Shown: positions 1 to 11,373 of the stretch, in pieces
Position numbering within the stretch: the first letter of the stretch is position 1
How the letters are laid out: each line of letters opens with the position of its first letter
Assembly: GCA_963771075.1 (NCBI GenBank)
Contig: CAVYSE010000022.1
Location: forward strand, 1-33,652
Reading direction: 5' to 3'
Source of the DNA: a candidate division FCPU426 bacterium
GTDB taxonomy: Bacteria; Oederibacteriota; Muellerivitia; Muellerivitales; Muellerivitaceae
Length of the DNA stretch: 33,652 bases
The notes under the pieces: generated by a model
Told to the model about the DNA's origin: nothing
Databases searched by the model: none
The model's input: only the letters and a program-made list of their open reading frames with translations
Made by a program: the position numbers and the translations under genes

Positions 1-1
1 C

Positions 2-2860
2 TTGGGAGAATCATCCGGCGGATTCATCTCGAATACGTGCGGCACCAATACCTGGGGGTTCGCCGTGACATTCAACAGCGGCTTCCCGGGAGAAAATGTC
101 TATACCAGCACCCCCGCAAGTTGGTCGGTCACCTTTACGGGCGGGTTTTACTATTTCAACCCAAGCGGATGCAATAATTGGATCAATTCGAACGCGGCCA
201 GCATGGTCTATGCTTCGGGAGCAAGCATCGCGCTTTCCAACACGGTGAGCGTGACACTCCCCTGTTACACGCCGACCTGGACCTATACCCTTACCCAAAC
301 ACCCACCAAAACTTCCACGGTCGCTCCGACCCCGACGAACACCTATACGGCCACCCTGACCCGCACCCCGACGCCGGTATTATCCACGGCCACCTATACC
401 CCGACCGCTTCCGCTACGCCGACCTATTCAACCACCCGCACCAACACGGCCACCAACACCCCGACCACAACCTCCACGGCGACCTTGTCACCCACAAGGA
501 CCCCGACCCCCACCTCGACCCTTTCCGCGACCTCCACGGCGACAAATACCTTGACCCTCACCCGAACCTTCACGTTGACCTATACCAATACACCTACCGC
601 CACTAACAGCCAAACACCTTCGGTAACCCCTACGAAAACAAACACGGTCACCGCCACGAACACCAATACGGTTGTTTTTACTTCCACCTTCACGAACACC
701 CCGACGGCGAGCAATACTCCCACTCAATCAATGACGACGACCCGCACCCACACCACGACTTCCACTAATACGGCCACTGCGACCTCGACGAATACCGCTA
801 CCTTGACCGCTACCAACAGCCCCACGGCGACGTCTACCCGCACCAACACCAACACGGTGACATTCACGGCGACGGGCACGAGCACCCTTACCGCAACCAA
901 TACCCTCACTTCGACCTTGACCCTGACGCGCACGAATACGGCGACGGCTTCACCTAGCCCCACGGCCACCTTTTCATCCACGAACACCGCGACGGCCACT
1001 CAAACTTACACTGCCTCGGCGACCCGCACGCCGACGATCACCACCACGGTCACGGTCAGCTTGACCGCAACGGCCAGCCCGACCGTCACTTTGACGCCCA
1101 CTTGGACCCAAACCTTCGTCCTTACACCGACGATCACCAACTCCCCCACCGTGACCCTGACCCGGACCCACACGGCGACCTCGACGAATACGCCTACTCC
1201 GACAGCCACCTTTTCTTCCACCCCTTCCTCTACCGCGACATTGACCCCGACGAAATCCAATACCAGCACACCCTCGGTGACATCGACGAACAGCTACACG
1301 GCGACAGGTACATCCACCCTCACGGCGACCACGACGAATACCCTGACCCGCACCCCGACGATAACCTCCACGGTCACCTTCAGTTCGACCCCTTCGGTCA
1401 GTTCGACCGCCACCCTCACGCCAACCTGGACCCAAACCTTTGTTCTCACTCCCACCATCACCAACAGCCCAACGGTGACCGTGACCAATACAGTGACGAC
1501 CACCTTGACCCGCACCAATACCCCCACCCCTACCTTGACGGCCACCAATAGCAATACCTGGACCAGCACGGCGACCACGACCCCGACCAGCTCGGCTACC
1601 TATTCTCGTACACCGACCGCCACCTCCACCGTCACCCTGACGACGACTTGGACCCAAACCTTCGTCCTCACTCCCACCATTACCCTTACCTTTACTTTGA
1701 CCCCAACCTTGACAGCGACCGCATCCTGGACCACCACTTTCACGCCGACCATCAGCAGTACCCCGACGAGTACTTCCCAGTTCACCCTGACCATCACCCT
1801 AACCCCTACCCTGACGAATACCACGACCGGGACCGCTACCTGGACCTATACGCTAACCAACACGAATACCTTTACATCGACTTTAACCCCAACCGCAACG
1901 GCTACATCGACCAGTACGGCTAGCTTGACCCCTTCCGTGACCGCGACCTGGACCGATACCTTCCTGTTGACGGCCACGGTGACAGACACCCCGACCTCAA
2001 CCGCTTCTTGGACGGAGACGGATACTCCCACCGGCACCAACACTTCGACCGAAACCAATACCCCGACCCCCACTCCCACGGATACGGGTACTTGGACCCA
2101 AACCAACAGCCCGACGGAAACGGAGACTTTAACCCCGACGCTTACGGCCACTTGGACTGAAACTTTTGTGTTTACCCCGACGATTACGGACACGCCAACC
2201 CTTACGATGACACCCACCTTAACGGAAACCCCCACCCCCACCTGCACCTTGACTTTGACGAACACATCCACCCCGACACCCACCGCGCCGGCCACTTTCA
2301 CTCCCACCTGGAGCTTCACTTCCACCTCGACGCCGACCTCCACGGCCACCGCGACCTTTACCTTCACGCCCACGGTGACTCCCACCTCCACCGCTACCCG
2401 AACCTATACCCAGACCCCGACACCCACCCATAGCCCCACCCCGAGCTTTACGCCCACCGGGACCTCAACGGTGACCTTGACGGCGACCTTCACCCTCACC
2501 TTAACGGCCACTTCGGTGAATACGCTGACTCCCGCGCCGACGCTGACGGCGACGGTGACGGGGACACCCTATCCGACGGGCTTTTTCGTGGACAAGAACC
2601 TGTTTTATCCTCCGCAGCAATCAGTATCGATCCGCGTGTCGGTGAACAACTATCCGGGGGAATACACGGTGAGGATCTACAACACGGCGGGGGAAGTGGT
2701 GAGGAACCTGACGAAACTGGAGTATGGAAGCCCCAACACGAACACTTACCCCTGGGACGGGAATAACGACTACGGGGAGATATGCGCGAGCGGGGTCTAC
2801 ATCATCTATCTCACCGAGCCCTACGAAAGACATTTGGCCAAGGTTTTGCTCGTTCATTAA
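2..2860 (+). CDS. 5'-truncated large Thr-rich surface/secreted protein with C-terminal FlgD-Ig-like (T9SS-CTD-like) domain
   Basis: Open frame from the window edge; ~770 aa of (T-X)n repeats; C-terminus [14 protein letters not shown]...WDGNNDYGEICASGVYIIYL...KVLLVH matches the FlgD-Ig/sorting-domain pattern. Confidence 0.85.
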   Translation: MGESSGGFISNTCGTNTWGFAVTFNSGFPGENVYTSTPASWSVTFTGGFYYFNPSGCNNWINSNAASMVYASGASIALSNTVSVTLPCYTPTWTYTLTQTPTKTSTVAPTPTNTYTATLTRTPTPVLSTATYTPTASATPTYSTTRTNTATNTPTTTSTATLSPTRTPTPTSTLSATSTATNTLTLTRTFTLTYTNTPTATNSQTPSVTPTKTNTVTATNTNTVVFTSTFTNTPTASNTPTQSMTTTRTHTTTSTNTATATSTNTATLTATNSPTATSTRTNTNTVTFTATGTSTLTATNTLTSTLTLTRTNTATASPSPTATFSSTNTATATQTYTASATRTPTITTTVTVSLTATASPTVTLTPTWTQTFVLTPTITNSPTVTLTRTHTATSTNTPTPTATFSSTPSSTATLTPTKSNTSTPSVTSTNSYTATGTSTLTATTTNTLTRTPTITSTVTFSSTPSVSSTATLTPTWTQTFVLTPTITNSPTVTVTNTVTTTLTRTNTPTPTLTATNSNTWTSTATTTPTSSATYSRTPTATSTVTLTTTWTQTFVLTPTITLTFTLTPTLTATASWTTTFTPTISSTPTSTSQFTLTITLTPTLTNTTTGTATWTYTLTNTNTFTSTLTPTATATSTSTASLTPSVTATWTDTFLLTATVTDTPTSTASWTETDTPTGTNTSTETNTPTPTPTDTGTWTQTNSPTETETLTPTLTATWTETFVFTPTITDTPTLTMTPTLTETPTPTCTLTLTNTSTPTPTAPATFTPTWSFTSTSTPTSTATATFTFTPTVTPTSTATRTYTQTPTPTHSPTPSFTPTGTSTVTLTATFTLTLTATSVNTLTPAPTLTATVTGTPYPTGFFVDKNLFYPPQQSVSIRVSVNNYPGEYTVRIYNTAGEVVRNLTKLEYGSPNTNTYPWDGNNDYGEICASGVYIIYLTEPYERHLAKVLLVH

Positions 2861-3161
2861 AGACTATAACAAAACCTAATTTCACCACAGGCCGCCTTTG
2901 GCGGCCACATGCCGACCTTCCATAAACCCATTAAGGAGGTCGGTATAGTCCAGCTATCTTTGGCCCTAAGGGACAGAGGCACAGAGAAAAATCTTTCTAA
3001 ATTCAAGGAATCTTAAACCCATTGTCCGGGTTTACTATGTCCCCTTTCGCCAATAAGGAGAAAGAAATTGGGACAATACCGACCCCCTTTTATGTTTCTT
3101 GGATGGTCGGCATGTGTCTCCGTGTCTCTGTGGTAAATATTGGGTTTTGATAGATTCTAAG
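2861..3161. mobile_element. MITE-like palindromic repeat, copy 1 (carries an extra ~70-bp internal hairpin module)
   Basis: Near-identical to 19082-19317; imperfect terminal inverted repeats CTATAACAAAACCTAATTTCACCACAG / CTGTGGTAAATATTGGGTTTTGATAG; non-coding. Confidence 0.75.
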
Positions 3162-3191
3162 AAGCCCAAACGAAAATGAACTCGAACCATC

Positions 3192-3223
3192 TGTAACCGG
3201 TTACGAACGCCGCAACCGGTTCA
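3192..3223. promoter_or_regulatory. Tandem LacI-family-like operator sites
   Basis: Perfect palindrome GTAACCGGTTAC (3193-3204) and a second AACCGGTT core (3214-3221) upstream of the 1455-aa gene. Confidence 0.45.
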
Positions 3224-3502
3224 AAAAAAATTATTTTTATTTATCGATTCCTTTATTTGAAATTTGATCGTTTAAAGCTCAACCCTCAAGTCCCACGTCA
3301 AACCAGCTTGCGACAACCCGCAGAAAATTTCCTTGGATCATGGCCTGTGAAAATATTTCGATGTAAGCGGTCCAATCTTCGGAATCTAGATTCGGAACTG
3401 GATAGAATCTCAAAAAAGGAGAATTGAACTTCTTCTTTAAAATTGATTGGGCCGCGAAGCGTAGGCTAAAACGTTTTCAGCATGGGGCCCCGAAGTGGAA
3501 AG

Positions 3503-6500
3503 ATGCGTTTGATAAATCGCTTTCAACATCTTCGTTTGGCAATCTTTTCATCCCTTGTATTCTTGGCCTTGTTTGGTTTTTTCCCTCGTCTTTCTTTTTC
3601 CCAGACCTGCAGCAACATGGCCTTGCCCGTTTCCGTCTTATGCGTAACCGTTTCACCGGCCAACCCCAATCCGGGCTCGCCCCTGACCGTCGTGGTGAAC
3701 TACTGCAGTAACGTCAATGGGGGCGGGGGCACGGAGATGGTCGTGGCCCTCAATGGAAACTCGAATCAAATTCAGGCTTGCGGGCAGGGAAACCAGTATT
3801 TTCTTGTGGACCAGCACGGCATCAACGTGAATGACACGAACCCCAATCCGGTGCCCTGTTGCGACATGGGGTGGTATGACGGCATCCTCAATTCAGGGGG
3901 GGGCTGTTCCAACCACTCGGTTACCTTCAACCTGACGGTTCCATTGGGCGCCAATGTGGGCGGTATTTATAATGTAGTCGTGGCCGCCGGGGGATACGGC
4001 AGCTTGACCTGCGGGTTCACTGGCAATAACAACGTAACCTCCGCACCCATCACCATTCCTTTACCGCCGCCTGGTTTGACGGCCGTCAAGGCGGCGGATG
4101 ACAACCGCTTCCCGGTCAATTCCGGCGACCTCATTTTGTTCCATATTGACTATAATTTCGTGAACACCAACAACCTTCAAATCTCCGATACGGTGCCAAC
4201 CTATACCACTTTGGTGTCGGCCGGACCCCTGGGTTCGGTCAGTGGGGCGGTTTCGGGATCAGGACCGGGAACCCCGGTTACCTGGAGCTTGGGAAACGCG
4301 GTTACCCACGTGACGGGTTCGGCCTGGATGTTGGTGAGGGTCAATTCGGGTTCCGCCGGGCCTCCTCCCGGTTGGGTCATGAACAACACCGCCGAGGCCT
4401 CCACCAATGAATTACCGGGCCCGCTGACAACCAACACGGTTTATGTCACGGTAGGTACGGGTTTCCAGGTGCAAAAAAGCCAGATTCCGGCCTCCGGTTT
4501 ATTAAATCCCGGCCAAAACGTTTCCTACATTTTGCAGTACAGCTATTCGGGATCAAGCCTGCAGTTTTACGACTCCTACCAGAATGACGCGGTCAATACA
4601 TCGGGAGCGGCCATCGCCGGTTACGATGGCACGCTTTACAACGTATCCAACAATGCCGCCACTTTTGGGGTGGCCACCGACTCCCAAAACCACCATTACA
4701 TCGTGGCCGACGCCTGCCCCTCCAACCCCATCAGTGTCACCTGTTCCAATTTCACGACCCTGCTTCGCGACAGCCCTCCCGTCAACCTGTGCGGCGGGGT
4801 TACGGTCGAGGGTGATTTGATGATCCCCGCCATCAACCCGCCCCAGGGGGCGGATGCCCACATCGTCTTGGCCGACAATAACGCCGCGACCCTAACGGGT
4901 AGCTACGGGGACGCTTACATGATGTCGATCTCCCTCGATGACAACCCGGGCAATTTCTATCTCCAAAAAAATTCCTCCGCTCCCAACGCGCTCACCTACC
5001 CGGTCACCCTTTCGGACGCCCAGATCGGCGTTACCATCACGTCCGGGGCTTGGTACACCGTCAAGTCCTCCCTGGTTTACAGCGGAACAACCCTCACCAT
5101 TTGTTCCAAGGTCTGGCCGACGGGGACGGCGGAGCCGGCCGCCTGGGCTTTCTGTTACGCCGATACGAATCCCTTGCCCTGTACGCCGCGGAACGGGGGG
5201 AGCTACCAGGTGGGATGGCAGGCCGACGGCACCGCCAACACCGATTATTACTCCAATTTAAAGCTGATCAGCCAGGATCCGGTGGTGGGTACCCAGGTCT
5301 GGGATACCGTACCCATGGGCGTGGTTTACGCGGGCCAATCCACCGCGGGGGCCCTGCAGGGAGGTGGAACCGTTAATTTCAACTCGGGTCCGACATTGGG
5401 CTGGAGCTTTCCGGGCACCCTTTTCAACAATCCCACGGGCGCGATCACCTGGTGGGGTACGGCCGAGTGCTCCTCCTCCGGGGCCGTGACCAATAGTTTC
5501 GACCTCCAGCCGCTCTCCCCGCCGGTGAGCGTCCTTGTTTCGAACTCCGTTACCTTGGCCATCGCCACTTGTACTTTCACCCCCACGCTTACTCCCACCC
5601 GTACCCCGACGGCAACTCCCACCCAAACACCCACCATCACTCCCACTTTTACGCCGACTCCTTCCTCTACTTGGACGCAGACTTTTACGCCCACCTCGAC
5701 CTATACCTATACCCCCACGCCGAGCCCGACCTTTACCCCGACACCCACTTCGACCTGGACTTCAACCTTCACTCCGACCCCGACCGCCACTTTCACCGCA
5801 ACCTTTACCCCGACCTTGACCGATACTTTTAGCCCCACGCCGAGTCCCACTTTCACTTGGACGGAAACCTTTACCCCCACGGTGACCATGACCGAGACCT
5901 TCACGCCAAGTCCAACCCCCACCTTGACCTTTACCCTGACCCCGACCCCCACCTGGACCCCGGTTTTCAGTTATACCTGGACCTCCACGCCGACTTCCAC
6001 GAATACTCTCACCGTTACGCCCACCCCGACCCAAACCGATACATCCACCCCCACCCTCACCTCGACCTGGACTCCCACCGTAACCGCGACGCCAACGCAA
6101 ACCCTTACGTCAACGCCCACCCCGTCATCAACGCCAACCTTTACCCTAACCTTTTCGTTCACACCTACCGATACGGCCAGTTCCACCCCGACCTCGAGCC
6201 CTACCCAGACCCCGACCTTCAGTTCCACCCCCACGGCGACGCTCACCTTTACCCCAACGAACAGCATGACCGATACCCTGACCCCCACCCCCACCGCCAC
6301 CCCGACCCCGACCTCCACTCCTTCCTTCACCTTGACCGAAACCACCAGCTTTACACCGACGGTGACGGCCACTGCCACCTATTCTTCCACCTCGACGGGA
6401 ACCTTTACCGCGACAGCCACCTTGACTCCCACATCTACCCCGACCTGGTCTTCCACGATGACTTCCACCTTCACGCCCACCACGACCTTTACCGCGACCC

Positions 6501-7849
6501 TCTCCTTCACATCCACGGCGACCCCGACCGCCACCGCTACGCCTCCCGGCGTCATGACGCTGGGAAAGACCGCCTCCGAAGTGGTCGCCCAAGTCCTGGA
6601 TATGGTGACTTTTGACCTTTCCGTTACCTTAACGGGAAGCCCGGTCTCGGGGGCGGTGGTGAGCGACAGCCTTCCGGCGGGGGAGTCCTTCCATGCCTGG
6701 GGGACTTCACCTCCAGGAACGACCTACCAGTCGGCCGGCAGCCTCCTGACCTGGAACCTTCCCCCGCTTTCTCCCGGCGTTTACGACCTGACCTATACCG
6801 CATCCGTGAACAGCACCTTGATTTCGGGGCAATCGCTCCTGAACCGGGCCTGGCTGACCTATCCCGTGGGAGCGCCGGTGACGGCCCAGGCCGAGTTGAC
6901 GGTGGTTGGATCCTACACCCTTCGGGCGGGGGTCTATAACGAGGCGGGAGAGCTCATCCAAACCCTGACCTTTACCCAATCGGGCCAAAACACGCTGCAG
7001 ACCAACCTGGCCATCAACGATTTTTCAGTGGGGCCCTCAACGATCGTCTCCTACCCGGGGCAAACGGAGATCATCGCGGGGGGAGTCACCCTTGCTTCCT
7101 GGAATGGGAATGGACAAGACGGCAACCCGGTCCCCAACGGGAATTACTACATCTCACTGCAAAGCATCACCCCCACTGGGCAGGTAACCACGGTTACCCG
7201 GCAAGTCGCCGTCAACCGGGTGATAAACAAGGTCACCATTCAAATTTTCAACGAGGCGGGGGAGGTGGTCCGCAATTTATATACCTATACGAGCGGCCCC
7301 GTGGCCAATAACAATCTCCAGGTTTCCCTTTCCACCACCGCTTTTGAACCCACTAGCGGCGAGGGATCAGGCAACCTGCCGACCCAGGTTACGATCACCC
7401 TCAATAACGGCACGACCGAGATTTGGAATGGGCAGGCAGATGATGGGGCGATCGTGCCCACGGGCCGGTATTTCGTGGTGGTGCATTCCCAGGATGGGCT
7501 GGGAGGGGAATTGGTCGTCACCCGGCTTGTGACCGTGATGTCGGAAAACGCGGAGCAGGGACTGGGCAATTTAACCGCCCTGCCCAATATCGTGAACGCT
7601 TCATCGCCGGGGGGATACAACGTCACCTTTACAACCCATTCCTCCCAGACCATGACCCTTACTTATCGGATTTATGACATCGCGGGGGAATTGGTGAGTT
7701 CGCGAATAACGGGTCCGGCGGGAATGAATATTGCGGTCTGGGACGCCTCGCTTGTGGCGAGCGGTTGTTATTTAGCGGTGGTAGAGGCGTTGAATCTCCA
7801 GGGCGGATGGGTGGGTCGGAAAACCCTCAAGGTGGTGGTCGTTCACTAA
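3503..7849 (+). CDS. Large secreted multidomain protein: signal peptide, Cys-rich N-domain, DUF11-like repeats, Thr/Pro linker, three FlgD-Ig-like C-terminal modules
   Basis: ORF 3482..7849, start at ATG 3503 or 3482; hydrophobic leader ending ...SFSQ; DUF11-like motifs (K.A......GD.I.F.I, ISDTVP, VSDSLP); repeated YN.AGE.(I/V) and WNG...G.Y motifs; ends KVVVVH. Confidence 0.85.
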   Translation: MRLINRFQHLRLAIFSSLVFLALFGFFPRLSFSQTCSNMALPVSVLCVTVSPANPNPGSPLTVVVNYCSNVNGGGGTEMVVALNGNSNQIQACGQGNQYFLVDQHGINVNDTNPNPVPCCDMGWYDGILNSGGGCSNHSVTFNLTVPLGANVGGIYNVVVAAGGYGSLTCGFTGNNNVTSAPITIPLPPPGLTAVKAADDNRFPVNSGDLILFHIDYNFVNTNNLQISDTVPTYTTLVSAGPLGSVSGAVSGSGPGTPVTWSLGNAVTHVTGSAWMLVRVNSGSAGPPPGWVMNNTAEASTNELPGPLTTNTVYVTVGTGFQVQKSQIPASGLLNPGQNVSYILQYSYSGSSLQFYDSYQNDAVNTSGAAIAGYDGTLYNVSNNAATFGVATDSQNHHYIVADACPSNPISVTCSNFTTLLRDSPPVNLCGGVTVEGDLMIPAINPPQGADAHIVLADNNAATLTGSYGDAYMMSISLDDNPGNFYLQKNSSAPNALTYPVTLSDAQIGVTITSGAWYTVKSSLVYSGTTLTICSKVWPTGTAEPAAWAFCYADTNPLPCTPRNGGSYQVGWQADGTANTDYYSNLKLISQDPVVGTQVWDTVPMGVVYAGQSTAGALQGGGTVNFNSGPTLGWSFPGTLFNNPTGAITWWGTAECSSSGAVTNSFDLQPLSPPVSVLVSNSVTLAIATCTFTPTLTPTRTPTATPTQTPTITPTFTPTPSSTWTQTFTPTSTYTYTPTPSPTFTPTPTSTWTSTFTPTPTATFTATFTPTLTDTFSPTPSPTFTWTETFTPTVTMTETFTPSPTPTLTFTLTPTPTWTPVFSYTWTSTPTSTNTLTVTPTPTQTDTSTPTLTSTWTPTVTATPTQTLTSTPTPSSTPTFTLTFSFTPTDTASSTPTSSPTQTPTFSSTPTATLTFTPTNSMTDTLTPTPTATPTPTSTPSFTLTETTSFTPTVTATATYSSTSTGTFTATATLTPTSTPTWSSTMTSTFTPTTTFTATLSFTSTATPTATATPPGVMTLGKTASEVVAQVLDMVTFDLSVTLTGSPVSGAVVSDSLPAGESFHAWGTSPPGTTYQSAGSLLTWNLPPLSPGVYDLTYTASVNSTLISGQSLLNRAWLTYPVGAPVTAQAELTVVGSYTLRAGVYNEAGELIQTLTFTQSGQNTLQTNLAINDFSVGPSTIVSYPGQTEIIAGGVTLASWNGNGQDGNPVPNGNYYISLQSITPTGQVTTVTRQVAVNRVINKVTIQIFNEAGEVVRNLYTYTSGPVANNNLQVSLSTTAFEPTSGEGSGNLPTQVTITLNNGTTEIWNGQADDGAIVPTGRYFVVVHSQDGLGGELVVTRLVTVMSENAEQGLGNLTALPNIVNASSPGGYNVTFTTHSSQTMTLTYRIYDIAGELVSSRITGPAGMNIAVWDASLVASGCYLAVVEALNLQGGWVGRKTLKVVVVH

Positions 7850-7886
7850 GGCCGGAAAATTCCAGATATACCTGATCCCGAAAAAG

Positions 7887-7921
7887 AAAAGGCCTCCAGC
7901 GGCGATGCCGGAGGCCTTTTT
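7887..7921. terminator. Bidirectional intrinsic terminator between convergent genes
   Basis: AAAAGGCCTCC...GGAGGCCTTTTT hairpin with A/T tracts on both sides. Confidence 0.8.
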
Positions 7922-7933
7922 GAGTTAAAGAAA

Positions 7934-8542
7934 CTATTTCAGGGCGTTGATGAAGCTTTGCAGGGAAGTGTTGGAGGGGTTCAGGGCCAGGGCTTTGGTA
8001 AAGGCGTCGCGGGCCTGGTCCTTTTGCCCCATATAGTAATAACAGGTCCCCTCGCCCTGGAAGGCGGCGGAGGAATTGGGGTCCAGGCTGGCCGCAGCCT
8101 GGTAATACTTCAGGGCGTTGGCGTAATCCTTCGTTCCCATCATCTGGTTAGCCGCGTTCAGGTAGGGATCGGCTTTGCTGGCGGTGGCGGGAGCGGCGGG
8201 CGCTGTCCCGGCAGAGGCCGCGTTCGCGGCGGCCCCACCCGGTGCCAAGACGGTGGTCGTTTGACCCCACACCGAAACGAAACCGGTAATCATGTTCAGG
8301 ATGTCATCCAGGAAATTTGCCTGCGTTTGGATGGTGTAGTTGGTGGTCAGGCCCTTGGCCTTGGCCATTTGTCCGCCATCCACATTGGTAATGGGAACCA
8401 GCCCCCAAAGGATATACCACTGGCGGTCGCTCGCGACCGGGGTGTCACCGCCGGTACCAATCGTGTGATTCATCGTATAACAGCCTGAGAGGGAAAGGCC
8501 CATCATCAGCAGGCAAAGAAGCATTCCTGTCATCTTTCGCAT
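7934..8542 (-). CDS. Lipoprotein with Bor/Iss-like N-terminal domain and C-terminal TPR domain
   Basis: Lipobox LSGC; QWYILWGL...YTIQTQANFLD is Bor-like; Ala-rich linker; TPR helices (ALKYYQAAASLDP, G.CYYYMG...A.DAFTKALALNP); GGAGG RBS. Confidence 0.7.
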   Translation of the reverse strand: MRKMTGMLLCLLMMGLSLSGCYTMNHTIGTGGDTPVASDRQWYILWGLVPITNVDGGQMAKAKGLTTNYTIQTQANFLDDILNMITGFVSVWGQTTTVLAPGGAAANAASAGTAPAAPATASKADPYLNAANQMMGTKDYANALKYYQAAASLDPNSSAAFQGEGTCYYYMGQKDQARDAFTKALALNPSNTSLQSFINALK

Positions 8543-8664
8543 GATTCCTCCAGAGCGGACTGATTTGAAACGTTTTTATTATACCCCTCTTTTATATATG
8601 CCGTTTGAAAATTAAGCGTTCCTTAAGGGTTTGTCCTTCGAAGGGACTTGAGGCTTGAGAAAAG

Positions 8665-8862
8665 TCACTTGAAGTAAAGGCCGAATTTTTTAACCTGAAA
8701 CTCGTTGAGCTTGACCTTCTCGAAAACGACATAACCTTTTTCGTTGAACTCCTCGGCCATTTGCTTGAGGGCCTTCATCTTGTTTTCGTCCGTAAAGACT
8801 CCCAAAATCTGGCCCCCGCCCCTTTGGCCGAAGACGACCGTGACTTCCGAACCTTTTTTCAT
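8665..8862 (-). CDS. Small hypothetical protein (65 aa)
   Basis: ATG with AAGGA RBS; host-like codon usage. Confidence 0.6.
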   Translation of the reverse strand: MKKGSEVTVVFGQRGGGQILGVFTDENKMKALKQMAEEFNEKGYVVFEKVKLNEFQVKKFGLYFK

Positions 8863-8884
8863 GGCGGCTTTCCTTTCACAAACA

Positions 8885-8917
8885 AAAAACCCCGGATTCG
8901 AGTGAACCCGGGGTTTT
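8885..8917 (-). terminator. Intrinsic terminator of the aldolase gene
   Basis: Minus strand CCCCGGGTTC-ACTC-GAATCCGGGG followed by a T tract. Confidence 0.7.
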
Positions 8918-8939
8918 GAAATCCATCCTCTGAGAAAAA

Positions 8940-10009
<1,070 letters not shown>

Positions 10010-10141
10010 GATGCCATCCTTCGCTTCGATTTTTCACCCAATTAGGCCCCTTTCCCCTTCTTAGGAAGCCATAAAAGTCTTTCCTTAATACAGAATAAAA
10101 AAGGATTAAGCAAGTCAAAGTTTGGCTTTTAACCAGATGGG

Positions 10142-10495
10142 TTATTTCCAAGCTTTTTTAAATTCTTCTTCCTTAAAGCCAACGGTCGCCCGCTGGGGGG
10201 CGATGACCAGCGGGCGCTTGATCAATTTCCCGTTTCTCGACAGAAGGTCGAGTATTTCTTCATCGGTCATGTTCTTTATCTTCGCTTTAAGGTTCAAAAG
10301 CCGGTATTGCTCCCCGGAAGTATTGAGTAGATCGGTGATTTTACGGCCGCTTAACGAGAGCGCCTTTTTCAACTCGGCCTTGGTAGGGGGGTGAAGGGTG
10401 ATATCCAAAATTTCCAGTTCTTGCTTATGGGCCGCCATCCACTTTTGGGCTTTGCGGCAGGTCGAGCAGTTTGGATAATGATAGAACTTTGGCAT
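10142..10495 (-). CDS. ArsC/Spx-family (YffB-like) protein
   Basis: YHYPNCSTCRKAQKW CxxC motif, NTSGEQYR, LIKRP; the start at ATG 10495 gives 117 aa. Confidence 0.85.
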   Translation of the reverse strand: MPKFYHYPNCSTCRKAQKWMAAHKQELEILDITLHPPTKAELKKALSLSGRKITDLLNTSGEQYRLLNLKAKIKNMTDEEILDLLSRNGKLIKRPLVIAPQRATVGFKEEEFKKAWK

Positions 10496-10544
10496 CGTCT
10501 TTACCCTTTCGAGTTTTGAAAAGAACATAAAGGATGGGAAATCC

Positions 10545-11318
10545 ATGATCAAGACTTCTTCTGTTCGGATCTGGCCCGCATTTTTTGCCATTTGGTTGAT
10601 ATCCACAACTGGATCGAACGCCCAGGATTCAAACGGCCCGGCTACGGCCTCCCAGTTGTTCCTGGCCCAGGTTCAAGGCGCGGTCACCGTTATCCACGGG
10701 GATGCCCCCCAAGCCGCGGCCCCTCCCCAGGAATTATTCGAGCAGGACCGGATCGTGACGGGCCTGAACTCCAAGGCTTACCTGGAATTCCAAAACGGAG
10801 GCATTGTGGAGGTGGGCCCTTCCACCGATGCGACGGTTTCCAAATTGGAAATAACCGGTGATGATTTCAAGGCGAAGTTCCTGCTGGCCTTAGGCAAGCT
10901 CAAGGCAAAGGTGAAAAAGCTGACGACAGCTACCTCCACTTTCGAGATCGATGCGGGGGGATTGGTAGCGGGGGTCCGGGGCACCGTGTTCGGGGTGGAT
11001 TACGACCCCACCCAGAAACAGGTGGCGGCAAAAACATTTGAGGGAAGCATTTACACCCAGGTCGGTGGCAAGGAACAGATCGTCAACAAGGGGATGTCGA
11101 TGCTGGTGGGTAAAAAGGGAATTCCGATCCTGGGACCCTTAACGGGCGCGGATATCGCTTCGTTCAAGAGCTTTGATGACGCGGCGGGATTATTGGAACA
11201 AAAGAAGGAAGAGTTGCTCAATGGGCTCAAGGAAAAAGCCAAAATCCACACGGGCATCCTTCCCGAAAAACAGGAAAACGACCTGAACGACGCCATCCGC
11301 AATAAACTTCCTTTTTAA
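10545..11318 (+). CDS. Secreted FecR-domain protein
   Basis: Signal peptide; D.IVTG.NS.AYLEF.NG and AGVRGTVFGV...FEGSI FecR motifs. Confidence 0.8.
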   Translation: MIKTSSVRIWPAFFAIWLISTTGSNAQDSNGPATASQLFLAQVQGAVTVIHGDAPQAAAPPQELFEQDRIVTGLNSKAYLEFQNGGIVEVGPSTDATVSKLEITGDDFKAKFLLALGKLKAKVKKLTTATSTFEIDAGGLVAGVRGTVFGVDYDPTQKQVAAKTFEGSIYTQVGGKEQIVNKGMSMLVGKKGIPILGPLTGADIASFKSFDDAAGLLEQKKEELLNGLKEKAKIHTGILPEKQENDLNDAIRNKLPF

Positions 11319-11373
11319 GGAACCACCCAAATAATCACCGTGCCTCTGGGGTGAAAGAATTTTAGCGGATCAC

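Noticed and set aside
11..6615. Many Val/Gly-rich antisense and His/Pro-rich alternate-frame ORFs
   Set aside because: Shadows of the ACN-rich Thr repeats in the two large genes
8890..8913. GATTCGAGTGAACCCGGGG resembles site A
   Set aside because: Fully explained as the stem-loop of the fbaB terminator; no cassette context
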